A stretch of 49,786 nt of DNA from Promethearchaeia archaeon (GTDB taxonomy: Archaea; Asgardarchaeota; Lokiarchaeia; Sigyniarchaeales; SOKP01). Below the pieces are notes generated by a model. The model did no database searches. It was not told the DNA's origin and saw only the letters and a list, made by a program, of their open reading frames with translations. The stretch's first letter is position 1, and each line of letters begins with the position of its first letter. The stretch spans positions 1-49,786 of the forward strand of contig JAHQWL010000031.1 in the NCBI GenBank assembly GCA_029856155.1, read 5' to 3'. A program made the translations under genes and the position numbers. Of this stretch, positions 17,748 through 26,942 are shown one piece after another.

Positions 17748-18332
17748 ATGGCATTCCAACAAGAAGAAAAACCCGCTTACATTTTCAAACTAGTTTTAAT
17801 AGGATCAGGTGGGGTAGGAAAGACTTGTATTGCTCGAAGATTATGTTTTGACGCATTCGATGCAAATACTCAATTGACAATTGGTATAGATTTTTATACC
17901 TATAATATCCCAATCATTGTAGAAGGTGAGGAAACATTTGTAAGGCATACTATCTGGGACTTTGGAGGCCAAGAACAATTTCGGGCGCTATTTAATTACT
18001 ATATTGATGGAGCGAACGGTATATTTTTAGTTTTTGAGTTAATAAACATTGAAACACTCACAAGGTTGGATTGGTGGTATGATCAGTTAATAGAACATAA
18101 CCTTCACGAACGTCCTAAAATATTAATTGGTACTAAACTTGATTTAGTCCAAAATGCTGGAAAGAAACATAAAATAGATGAATTAATAATTGACCAGTTT
18201 CTTACAAATCATAATGAACAAGATTATGTGAAAACATCTTCAAAGGAAAATGTAAATATACTTCATAGTTTTAAAGAAATGACGAAAAAAATCCTTGATT
18301 CTCATGAATTGGATTATGATAAAATCTTATAA
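17748..18332 (+). CDS. Rab-like small GTPase (paralog 2)
   Basis: YIFKLVLIGSGGVGKT, TIGIDF, IWDFGGQEQF, GTKLD and KTSSK. Confidence 0.92.
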   Translation: MAFQQEEKPAYIFKLVLIGSGGVGKTCIARRLCFDAFDANTQLTIGIDFYTYNIPIIVEGEETFVRHTIWDFGGQEQFRALFNYYIDGANGIFLVFELINIETLTRLDWWYDQLIEHNLHERPKILIGTKLDLVQNAGKKHKIDELIIDQFLTNHNEQDYVKTSSKENVNILHSFKEMTKKILDSHELDYDKIL

Positions 18333-18373
18333 TTGATTTTGTCTAACCTTCAATTTTTAATTTCCGAGACTAT

Positions 18374-18919
18374 TTAATCAACTATTAGGTATTCTTTTGG
18401 GATTTTTTGTCCATATCCCGCATTTTTAAATTTTTGACCATTTTCTGCATAAAGATTAGTACTAAATTCATTCAATCGTTTGTTGGGATAACCTTTCTTT
18501 TTGATTGCAGGTACTCCTGCGTATAATGAGAAGTCTTCAGTTTTATCTCTAAGGACGGAACCTGCTGCCAATACGGATCCATCTCCGAGTTTAGTTCCTT
18601 GCAATATGGTGGCATTAATTCCAACTAAAGAATAATCTCCTACAGAGCAAGCTCCATGAACCATACAGGAATGTGCCAACCTTACATTATTACCAATCTT
18701 ACAAATTTCATTTGGTCTTGAATGTATTACAGCATTGTCTTGAATACTTGTATTTTTTCCTACAATAATTTTTCCCCAATCTCCACGAAGTTTCGCACCA
18801 AACCATATATTAGTATAAGCATCTATTTCCACATCTCCAATTATTACAACGTCCATAGCAATGAAAGCAGTAGGATGAATTTTTGGAATTTTACCATTGA
18901 AAGGACTTTTAATTATCAT
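18374..18919 (-). CDS. Gamma carbonic anhydrase family protein (hexapeptide repeat; YrdA/PaaY-like)
   Basis: VIIGDVEI, IWFGAKLRGD, IQDNAVIH, LAHSCMVHG (three Zn-ligand His) and AGVPA. Confidence 0.9.
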   Translation of the reverse strand: MIIKSPFNGKIPKIHPTAFIAMDVVIIGDVEIDAYTNIWFGAKLRGDWGKIIVGKNTSIQDNAVIHSRPNEICKIGNNVRLAHSCMVHGACSVGDYSLVGINATILQGTKLGDGSVLAAGSVLRDKTEDFSLYAGVPAIKKKGYPNKRLNEFSTNLYAENGQKFKNAGYGQKIPKEYLIVD

Positions 18920-19185
18920 TACTTAACCACTCAAAATAAGAATATCTAAAATATATTATGTATAGTAGATAAAGCTTATGATGATAATAGTTTCTAGCAC
19001 AAAATTACCATGGGAAATTATTCCACATTTTTTTTTCATAAATGTATGTGTGACGATATCACGTTCATTCATTAAAATTACTTTTATTAATTAGTTAAAA
19101 TAATTAATTGATTTATAGCGTACTTTCTTAATTCGGTATAACTTTATAATATTTTCAAATTATTAGTATAATAGGTGTATTTCAA

Positions 19186-19800
19186 CTGGCTAAAATATCA
19201 AATTTCTTAACTCAATTAAAAAACGCCAAAAGATTAATTCGAATGACGATTGTAGGAGATGGAGCAGTAGGAAAGACAACATTAGTACAAGCTATGCTTC
19301 AAAAAACAACTGAATATAATCATAATCATTCAGGTCATAAAGTGGTGGAAGATAAAAAAATTACACGCACCCCCTTTATGGAGATTGAATCTTGGTCCTA
19401 TAAAGATTTAGTATTTCAATGCTATGATTTAGCTGGACAAAGAACTCCTGGTATGCATCCATTAGATATATTACAGAGTTCAGTTTTATCATATATCGAT
19501 ATTTACGTCTTTGTTTTTTCAATAGATAGATATGAATCCTTTGAAAATCTTAATAATTGGCATCGATTAATGAATCTAGATTCTAGATTCAAACATAATA
19601 ACATAGGATTTATTCTAGTAGGAAATAAAGTTGATTTAGAAAGAAACGTTTCAAAAGAATTAGTTCATACTTTAGTTGGTGAGGATAGATTCTTTCACTC
19701 TTATGTAGAAACAAGTTCTATTGAACCCTTTGTGGGTATTGATATAGTATTAGAAGAAATTGTAGGTATGGGTAGAAAACTCCTTAATTTATGTGATTAG
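19186..19800 (+). CDS. Small GTPase (Ras superfamily) with N-terminal extension
   Basis: GDGAVGKT, DLAGQ, GNKVD and ETSS. Probable CTG start at 19186, 8 nt after AGGTG. The ORF-track ATG at 19243 lies inside beta-1. Confidence 0.85.
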   Translation: MAKISNFLTQLKNAKRLIRMTIVGDGAVGKTTLVQAMLQKTTEYNHNHSGHKVVEDKKITRTPFMEIESWSYKDLVFQCYDLAGQRTPGMHPLDILQSSVLSYIDIYVFVFSIDRYESFENLNNWHRLMNLDSRFKHNNIGFILVGNKVDLERNVSKELVHTLVGEDRFFHSYVETSSIEPFVGIDIVLEEIVGMGRKLLNLCD

Positions 19801-19865
19801 GGCGAATGTATGGAGTATTAAAAGACTCTCATCTTCTAAATAAAAAGAAAGGATGAGGTGCTAAA

Positions 19866-22082
19866 ATGACCGAGATTAACTGTAAAATTTGCAATAAACG
19901 AATTAATTTTGACCCTCAAAATCCTGATACTTTTATTTCCCGATCTGAATCGGGTAATTTATTGATTGGGAAGCTCTATACAATCAGATTGGGGCATCAA
20001 ACAGATTCAGGAACATCACATATTAATGTTGTAGTTATCGATGAAAATGGAGAATATCGAGCTCATAAAGATTATTATGAAGAAAAAATTAATATTAAAG
20101 GAACACCAGATGTCTGGAATAAGCTTCAGCGTTTTATTCCTTTAGAACTTAGGTTATACTTATCTCTAGCAGGGGATGAGGAGAAAAATATTCTTTCTAC
20201 CATATCAGAACCATTCAACAAAACACCAAAAGAATGGTATGAATGTTTAAAAGAATTAAAAAATAATAACCCTAATAATCAATTGGTAACCTTTTTAGCT
20301 GTAAAATGGGGTTTTATAATAGGAAAAGGTAAAGAACTTCTAAATTATAAATATGAACCACGTTCTTGGAGTTATCCAATATATTTACGCTTACAAGCTA
20401 GGTTTGCACCCTCTCAAGAATTAATATTGATAGCCAAGAGAATCGATTTTGACTCTGCTCCATTAATAATTCAACTAGAAGCTGCAATAGCTAAAGCTGA
20501 AGTTTTTCTTCGTTTAAGTGCATATGATCTTTTAGAGGAATTATATGATAGATGTCAAAAAGAATGGAGTGATCAGACTTCTATTGAAGTGAAAACGGGA
20601 TTAATGCTATTACAAGGATATTATGGATTCCGTTTATATTTTCTAGGCAAAATAAATGAAGCTTTAGAAGTAATAGAACCTGTATTTAATTTTGGACAAT
20701 TATTAGGAAATCGAGAAATAATAATGGTTGTTGGAAATTTTTACGCAGCTGTTAATCAATCTAGTGGTGATCTAGAAAATGCCCTAAATATCTTTGAAAT
20801 TGTACTAAAAGTTAGTGAAGAGATGGGTGATGAACGAACTAATGCAGTAATTTCATCGAATATGTCTGTCATTGAATCCAAACAGGGATTATACGATCAG
20901 GCTCTAAAACGCCAACGAGCTATATTAGAACTGCCAATTGTCAATGAAGAGTTCTTTATTAGAATTTCTTTAATGAGTATAATTGCTGAAACACTTTTTA
21001 TATCTGATAGGTATGACGAATCAGAAGAAACATGCAAAAAACTTCTTTCAGAAGAAAATATACCTACTTATTATAAACTCGATATACTTTCTACTCTGAA
21101 AAGAATTGCAGGTAAAACAGATTCTCTTGAATTAATAGATTTTGTAAGAAATAATCTACCAAATGATCCCGACTTTTTAGCTTCACCCGTAGGTAACATT
21201 TTTATGCATGATCTGGAAGCAATAGAGGGAGAATTACGAAGTAACTGGTCAAAATTGATAGACAACTTGAAAGAAGAAAGAGAAATAATGTTTAAGAATC
21301 AGTCTGTAGAAGACGCAAGCGATATTGAAATTAGGCTTGGTGAAGGTTATTTTAAATATTTTCAAGAGACCGGAAACCTTGAATACTTGAATCATGCCTA
21401 TAATCACTTGGATTTAGCAAAAACAATTGCAATAGAAAATCAGAGCTATCTAGATCTCTGTAGATTAGTTATGCTCAAGGGATTATTAGCAGCAGAAAGT
21501 AAACTACCCGCACAAGCGAAAATATATTTCGAAGAAGCGCTAAGGAACGCACAAGAATACAATTTATCAGGTTTAGAAAAAGAAATAATTGAAAAAATAG
21601 AAATGATAAATACGGGTATTATTGAAAAATCAGCTGATTCTGTATTACGCAGAATGTTTCAAAGACTAACATTCAGGAAATCTGAAGATAAAAAATCAAA
21701 AAAGAAAAGTGTTATTTATTCTCTTTTTATAGGAACACAAGATTCTGCTTGGGAAATCATATTAAGAAATGAAAAGAGTGGTTCTCTTAATGATACTATA
21801 TATCTGGTAGGAATTCATGATCTATGGAATAATATACGGAAAATTATGATACAACAACAAGTTAATTATTTCACACTTCGAAGAGGTGCCGTGTTAATCG
21901 AAAATTCAACTCACTTTCAATTATGTGCATTATGTGATCAATTGGATTATCTTACTAGATTGACGATTCAAAATCTCTTACCAGAATTAGAAGAATTTTC
22001 TTTTAGACATATTCCAGAAGAATTAGAAACCAAAGTTCTAAAAATGCTTAGCAAAGATCTGGGAAAGTTTTCTAAAGTATAA
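19866..22082 (+). CDS. Large TPR-like protein with N-terminal Cys/His zinc-binding-like domain and C-terminal longin/roadblock-like domain
   Basis: GAGGTG SD; CKIC...H...H N-terminus. TPR-like helices include GDLENALNIFEIVLKVSEEMGD and QGLYDQALK. The C-terminal ~125 aa follow a beta-beta-alpha-beta-beta-beta-alpha pattern. Confidence 0.65.
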   Translation: MTEINCKICNKRINFDPQNPDTFISRSESGNLLIGKLYTIRLGHQTDSGTSHINVVVIDENGEYRAHKDYYEEKINIKGTPDVWNKLQRFIPLELRLYLSLAGDEEKNILSTISEPFNKTPKEWYECLKELKNNNPNNQLVTFLAVKWGFIIGKGKELLNYKYEPRSWSYPIYLRLQARFAPSQELILIAKRIDFDSAPLIIQLEAAIAKAEVFLRLSAYDLLEELYDRCQKEWSDQTSIEVKTGLMLLQGYYGFRLYFLGKINEALEVIEPVFNFGQLLGNREIIMVVGNFYAAVNQSSGDLENALNIFEIVLKVSEEMGDERTNAVISSNMSVIESKQGLYDQALKRQRAILELPIVNEEFFIRISLMSIIAETLFISDRYDESEETCKKLLSEENIPTYYKLDILSTLKRIAGKTDSLELIDFVRNNLPNDPDFLASPVGNIFMHDLEAIEGELRSNWSKLIDNLKEEREIMFKNQSVEDASDIEIRLGEGYFKYFQETGNLEYLNHAYNHLDLAKTIAIENQSYLDLCRLVMLKGLLAAESKLPAQAKIYFEEALRNAQEYNLSGLEKEIIEKIEMINTGIIEKSADSVLRRMFQRLTFRKSEDKKSKKKSVIYSLFIGTQDSAWEIILRNEKSGSLNDTIYLVGIHDLWNNIRKIMIQQQVNYFTLRRGAVLIENSTHFQLCALCDQLDYLTRLTIQNLLPELEEFSFRHIPEELETKVLKMLSKDLGKFSKV

Positions 22083-22167
22083 TTAACATATTTTTATCTT
22101 CTTTTTTTATATTAGCTTTATTTTAAGGAGATAACTTGTTCTTTAATGTTTATAGAGATATTGTAGC

Positions 22168-22209
22168 AGAAAAATACTCCGCCAAGTCGAACACCCAGAG
22201 GAGAATTTG
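22168..22209 (-). other. GC-rich RNA hairpin followed by a U-tract
   Basis: Minus strand reads CTCC-T-CTGGGT-GTTCG-ACTTGG-C-GGAG-TATTTTT. The inner stem pairs fully only with G-U wobbles on this strand. Confidence 0.4.
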
Positions 22210-22293
22210 TTAAAAAATGTATACTTTTAAAAAATAACTGATAAACTTTTTTTTAATCTTCTATTTATTAAATTAAAGTAAGATATTTGTATT

Positions 22294-23238
22294 ATGGACA
22301 TTTTCACTCATTCTGTTTTTGGCGCTCTACTGTACATACTCTTTTTAAAGGCGGTGACCTTTGAATATATCATAATAGCTATTTTTTTCTCATTTTTACC
22401 AGATTTAGATATTTTTTTATTCCCATTGAAAAGAATTTTTAAATCGAATTATCTTGAACATCGCGGAGGTTCCCATTCATATGTAGTTGGTATAATAATA
22501 TCAGCTATTTTAAATATATTTTTCTCGATCTTTAGAAATAAATCATTTTTAATAGCGTGGATAATCGGATCGGCATTTTATGGATTACACGTTTCAATGG
22601 ATCTCCTTACGACTACGAAAATTCCTTACTTATATCCCCTTTCTAAAAAGGAGTATAGTTTTTATGTTGAAAAGGCTGGTAGTTCATTTACCTTTATGCT
22701 CTCATTGATATTTCTTATTATACTTCTCGTAATGTACCATAATTCTGCATCACTCTCCCTTTTTGTGAGTGTTATTAACTTTTATACCTATTTTTATCTA
22801 TTCTATTATTTATATCGAATTATTGCAAAGATTTGGATAAATCTGCATCTTAAGGATAACCAGAAATACTTTCCAGGCGTATTACCATTTTATTTTACTA
22901 TCTTTGAATACGATATTACTCCTGATGGAGTATCATTATGCATTGAAAAAAAGTCACATTTTTTAACATCTAAGGTGATATATAAAAACCATTCTGTTCT
23001 AGAATTAGAGGAAATGATTCTTTTTAAAAAGGCGATCGAATTGTGCAATCAGCATTATTATTATGCAAAATGGACCGTTTTACCAATATTTTTTAGGGAG
23101 AATGGGATATTTTCTGTGAGATTTTTCTTTTTAGAGACGATGGTACGTGGAAGGACTCATTATATTCAATTTAATTTTGATACAGATACTCAGCAATATA
23201 TTGATTCTAATCAGGGTTATGGACATATTACATCTTAG
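22294..23238 (+). CDS. Membrane-bound metal-dependent hydrolase (YdjM/DUF457-like)
   Basis: MDIFTH, LPDLD, HRGGSHS and HVSMDLLT motifs with TM helices. Confidence 0.85.
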   Translation: MDIFTHSVFGALLYILFLKAVTFEYIIIAIFFSFLPDLDIFLFPLKRIFKSNYLEHRGGSHSYVVGIIISAILNIFFSIFRNKSFLIAWIIGSAFYGLHVSMDLLTTTKIPYLYPLSKKEYSFYVEKAGSSFTFMLSLIFLIILLVMYHNSASLSLFVSVINFYTYFYLFYYLYRIIAKIWINLHLKDNQKYFPGVLPFYFTIFEYDITPDGVSLCIEKKSHFLTSKVIYKNHSVLELEEMILFKKAIELCNQHYYYAKWTVLPIFFRENGIFSVRFFFLETMVRGRTHYIQFNFDTDTQQYIDSNQGYGHITS

Positions 23239-23402
23239 AATCTTAATTTTAGAAGAGTAAGCCAATCTATAAGCATTTTATAAGTTTGAGAAAAAATACT
23301 AATTTTTTAATATAAGTATTAAAAATTTAAACTCTTATACCTTTTTTATAATAGAAGATACTAATTTTCAAATAGGAAACTCTAATTTAGAGAGAGAAAA
23401 GG

Positions 23403-24734
23403 TTGGTAAGACCCCCGACAGAAAAAAATGTTTGCCTTCGATGTAAGGGTGCACGTTTATTATGCGGAAAGAAAACATGCCCAATCTTATTAAAAAAGTC
23501 TGTAATGAAATCTTTAGTCCCCTTTGAATTAGATAAAACAAGAAGAGATGTTGAAATTTTTGGAGCTAGTCCTCCGGGATTCTTCGTTGGACATTTCAAT
23601 TATCCAAATGTATACCTTGGACCATTAGTACCATTCCAAGAATTTGAAACGGGACTTGACATATCCGACTATCATATTTTAGATGCACCTGAACTGTGGT
23701 TTGGCAAAAAAATGGTTGATGTTATTCGATATAGAAGCAGTTTAGTGAGGAGTAATTTTAAAACAAATGTATTTATAGGTAAAAAGTCAAGAAAAAACAC
23801 TCCTTCACTGAAAACCCAAAAACTTCTAGAAACATCGCAGGAATTATCAATGGCCGCCAGACCAGTAGACACTGAAACTAAATTAGAAAGAATGAATCTG
23901 AGAATGATGATGGATAATCATGCCTTACCAATGGGACCTTCTGGAATAACAGAAAAAATAGAAATCACTGAAAATACAAAAGTGCATCCTCAAGTAGATT
24001 ATTGCGTTTCAGATACAGATCTAAAAGCATCTGAGGCAGTCTCAGAAAATCTATATTTTAAAGGACACGTACCTGAGTCTACAATAAAAAGAGTATTTTC
24101 AGCGGGACTTCTAGGTGAGAAAAATAGGCGGAGGATTGTTCCGACTAGATGGTCAATAACAGCTGTGGATGATATCATTTCAAAAGCTTTAATTAAAGAA
24201 ATCAAAAAATTTCCAGAAATAGATGATTACCAGATCTTCGAAGCAACTTATCTCGATAACCATTTTAAGATTTTATTATTTCCAGGTAAATTTATATATG
24301 AAATGAATGAAGTATGGGCACCAAATACCTTGTGGAACATCTCTCTTGACGGAAATTATCGTAGCTTAAAACCCCAAATAATGACTGATTTTGAGTTTTA
24401 TGGTGGAAGAAAATCTTATGCGAGTAATATTACAGGTGCTTATTATGCAGCAAGAAAATCAGTGTGCGAATATCTCTATAAAATAAGAAGACAAGCAAGA
24501 GTTCTTATCTTTCGAGAGGTTAGTGGAGGTTATGTAGTCCCTTTAGGAGTATGGGTGATAAGAGAAACCGTAAATAATGCTATGTTTACAACTGATCCGA
24601 TTAAATTAGATAATTTTAATGATTCAATAAAAACAATGACAGATGGGTTTATGGTTGATTATAAGTATTGGAAAAACAGTAGTAAATTAATTAATTTCAT
24701 GAAAACTCAGAAAACTATTGATAGCTTCTTGTAA
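23403..24734 (+). CDS. nreA: Nre family DNA repair protein with C-terminal PIP box
   Basis: CLRCKG..LCG...CP N-terminus, GASPPGFFVG..NYPNV..GP, VPTRWSITAVD, YYAAR and VPLGVWVIRE. C-terminal QKTIDSFL matches the PCNA-interacting motif. Confidence 0.9.
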   Translation: MVRPPTEKNVCLRCKGARLLCGKKTCPILLKKSVMKSLVPFELDKTRRDVEIFGASPPGFFVGHFNYPNVYLGPLVPFQEFETGLDISDYHILDAPELWFGKKMVDVIRYRSSLVRSNFKTNVFIGKKSRKNTPSLKTQKLLETSQELSMAARPVDTETKLERMNLRMMMDNHALPMGPSGITEKIEITENTKVHPQVDYCVSDTDLKASEAVSENLYFKGHVPESTIKRVFSAGLLGEKNRRRIVPTRWSITAVDDIISKALIKEIKKFPEIDDYQIFEATYLDNHFKILLFPGKFIYEMNEVWAPNTLWNISLDGNYRSLKPQIMTDFEFYGGRKSYASNITGAYYAARKSVCEYLYKIRRQARVLIFREVSGGYVVPLGVWVIRETVNNAMFTTDPIKLDNFNDSIKTMTDGFMVDYKYWKNSSKLINFMKTQKTIDSFL

Positions 24735-24786
24735 TGTTTTTATCAAAAAAAAAAAGTTTAAAATAGAGTTTTATACTTGTTTAAAT

Positions 24787-25071
24787 TTACATTTTCTTGC
24801 GATTTCTCTGAATTAGGAATGAAACGCCTAACAATATTGCTATAGAAGTTAAAATGATTGAGTATCCAGGTATTTTAGTGGCTCCACTTGGAGCTGTATA
24901 TTGAATTTGTATTTGGTCTGATGAAACACCATACATATTTTTAACTTCCATTGTAATATCATAGTTTCCAGTTGCTACATTACCAAGATTATAGTCTATT
25001 GTAGCGGGTACTGTTGCCCAATTAGTCCAATCTGTTCCATTATATATCCGATATTGATAGTCTGTATCAAT
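24787..25071 (-). pseudogene. 3' fragment of a cell-surface protein (beta-sandwich domain plus IPGY-TM-basic sorting tail)
   Basis: My translation: IDTDYQYRIYNGTDWTNWATVPATIDYNLGNVATGNYDITMEVKNMYGVSSDQIQIQYTAPSGATKIPGYSIILTSIAILLGVSFLIQRNRKKM*. No signal peptide; an in-frame stop lies just upstream at 25096-25098. Confidence 0.7.
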
Positions 25072-25106
25072 TTTTTCCAGGATTACTAACTGGCACTATT
25101 GCACCT

Positions 25107-26729
25107 ATGACAGGACGATTCATGGTTGCTGGGAAATCCCCCCTAACAGGAACATGGGGAGATTCAAACTGTGGAGGATATTTTGGACCAGAAATAAAAA
25201 AGTGTGGTTTTGATGCAATATTGATTAAAGGAAAAGCGAATGGCCCTAAATACGTTGCCATTATTGATGATGAAAAATTAATTTTAGATGCTACCGATCT
25301 ATGGGGCTTAGATGTAGTCCAAACAGAAGAAAGGTTAACTGAAAAACATGGAAAGGTTCAAGTTGCAAGTATTGGTCAAGCGGGTGAGAATATTTCTCTT
25401 ATTTCTGGTATTGTTAATGATAAAGCTAGAATAGCTGGAAGATCTGGTTTTGGTGCAGTTATGGGTTCTAAAAAATTGAAAGCTATTATACTTAAAGGAA
25501 ACCGGAAAATCCCAATAGCAGATAAAGAAACACTTAATAACCATGCAAAAGAATATAACCAAGGTATAAATGATAACACTAGTGGTATGATTTACATATT
25601 CAAGACTTTAGGAACGAGTGCAGGTAATACATTCATGGCTCAATCAGGAGATACTCCTATAAAGAATTGGGGGGGTACATCAAAACAAGACTTTCCTGGA
25701 GTTAAGTTAAATAAAATTTCAGGGATGGAAATAGATAAATATAAACAGAAAGCCTATGGCTGCTTTTCATGTCCAACCCGATGTGGTGCTATTATGAAAG
25801 TTCCAGAAGTAGGACTAGAAGAAACTCACCGTCCAGAATATGAAACTTGTGCTAATTTTGGTTCTATGTTGTTAAATGATGACCTAATGTCTATTTTCAC
25901 AATTAATGATTTATGTAACCGAGCGGGGATAGATACAATTTCAGCGGGTACTACTGTTGCTTTTACAATAGAGTGTTATGAAAATGGCATTATTTCCAAA
26001 GATGAGACTGATGGACTTGAGCTAAATTGGGGAAATTCACCAGCAATAATAAAACTAGTGAAAAAGATAATAAATCGTGAGGGTATTGGGGATGTTTTAG
26101 CAGATGGGGTTAAGGTTGCTTCAGAAAAAATTGGGAAAGGAAGTGATAAGTATGCTATTCATTCAATGGGTCAGGAACTAGGTATGCATTCGTCAAAGTT
26201 CTATAAGAGCATGGGAGCAACTTTTGCTTTTGATCCTACTCCAGGGAGACATACTACACCCACTCTGGACTTTAGCACGGCTGGACCCATGGCAAAACCT
26301 AATGGATTGTTTGAGGGCTTTTCATTACCGGAAGGATTCAAAAAATCTGGTGATGAAAGAAGTGAAGCAGAAAAGCTAGTAGTTGGCATTTGGCAATCTT
26401 TAAATAGCCTGGGATTATGTGAGTTTATGGGGTCATTTCAAAAATACCCCCTTTTACAGATTATGAAAGCTGTGGTTGGGTGGAATATTACAATTGATGA
26501 ATTAGTAAAAATTGGTATAAGAATTCAAACCCTTAGACAAGCGTTTACGTTAAGAGAGGGCATAGACATTATTAATAATAAGTTACCGGAAAGAGCTGTT
26601 GGTATCGATTATTTAGCAGATTATAAAGGATACTGTAAAAAGATGGGTTGGAATCCGGAGAATGGTTACCCTTTAGAAGAAACTTTAACTGATCTTAATA
26701 TAGATTTCGTTATTGAAGATCTATATTGA
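25107..26729 (+). CDS. aor: Tungsten-type aldehyde:ferredoxin oxidoreductase family protein, N-terminus apparently truncated
   Basis: KSPLTG, AGRSGFGAVMGSKKLKAI, CFSCPTRC, PEYET, CNRAGIDTIS and LGLCEF. Family-like sequence extends upstream only to FFPGLLTGTIAP at 25071. Confidence 0.88.
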   Translation: MTGRFMVAGKSPLTGTWGDSNCGGYFGPEIKKCGFDAILIKGKANGPKYVAIIDDEKLILDATDLWGLDVVQTEERLTEKHGKVQVASIGQAGENISLISGIVNDKARIAGRSGFGAVMGSKKLKAIILKGNRKIPIADKETLNNHAKEYNQGINDNTSGMIYIFKTLGTSAGNTFMAQSGDTPIKNWGGTSKQDFPGVKLNKISGMEIDKYKQKAYGCFSCPTRCGAIMKVPEVGLEETHRPEYETCANFGSMLLNDDLMSIFTINDLCNRAGIDTISAGTTVAFTIECYENGIISKDETDGLELNWGNSPAIIKLVKKIINREGIGDVLADGVKVASEKIGKGSDKYAIHSMGQELGMHSSKFYKSMGATFAFDPTPGRHTTPTLDFSTAGPMAKPNGLFEGFSLPEGFKKSGDERSEAEKLVVGIWQSLNSLGLCEFMGSFQKYPLLQIMKAVVGWNITIDELVKIGIRIQTLRQAFTLREGIDIINNKLPERAVGIDYLADYKGYCKKMGWNPENGYPLEETLTDLNIDFVIEDLY

Positions 26730-26942
26730 CTCTAATCTTTTTTTTAATCAATATTTAAAACACTATTGTTTTTAATGGATCTAAAATTAATCTGAATCAA
26801 ATTTTTTATGAGTTAGGAAATTGACTTTTTTGCATGGTTAAACCTTATTTAAGAATTCTTTTTTAAACTTTAAATGGATTTAAGTTAAATATATGAATAT
26901 ACTATACAATATATTAAATAAAAAATAATTTATGTGAAAATT

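Noticed and set aside
19041-19070. Imperfect palindrome GTGA-cgata-TCAC in the divergent promoter region
   Set aside because: Short and single copy, with no cognate regulator evident.
22110-22230. tRNA fragment (GTTCGA) or small minus-strand ORF (…NSPLGVRLGGVFFCYN…)
   Set aside because: No cloverleaf or acceptor stem, and the ORF has no convincing start or motif. Kept only as a hairpin observation.
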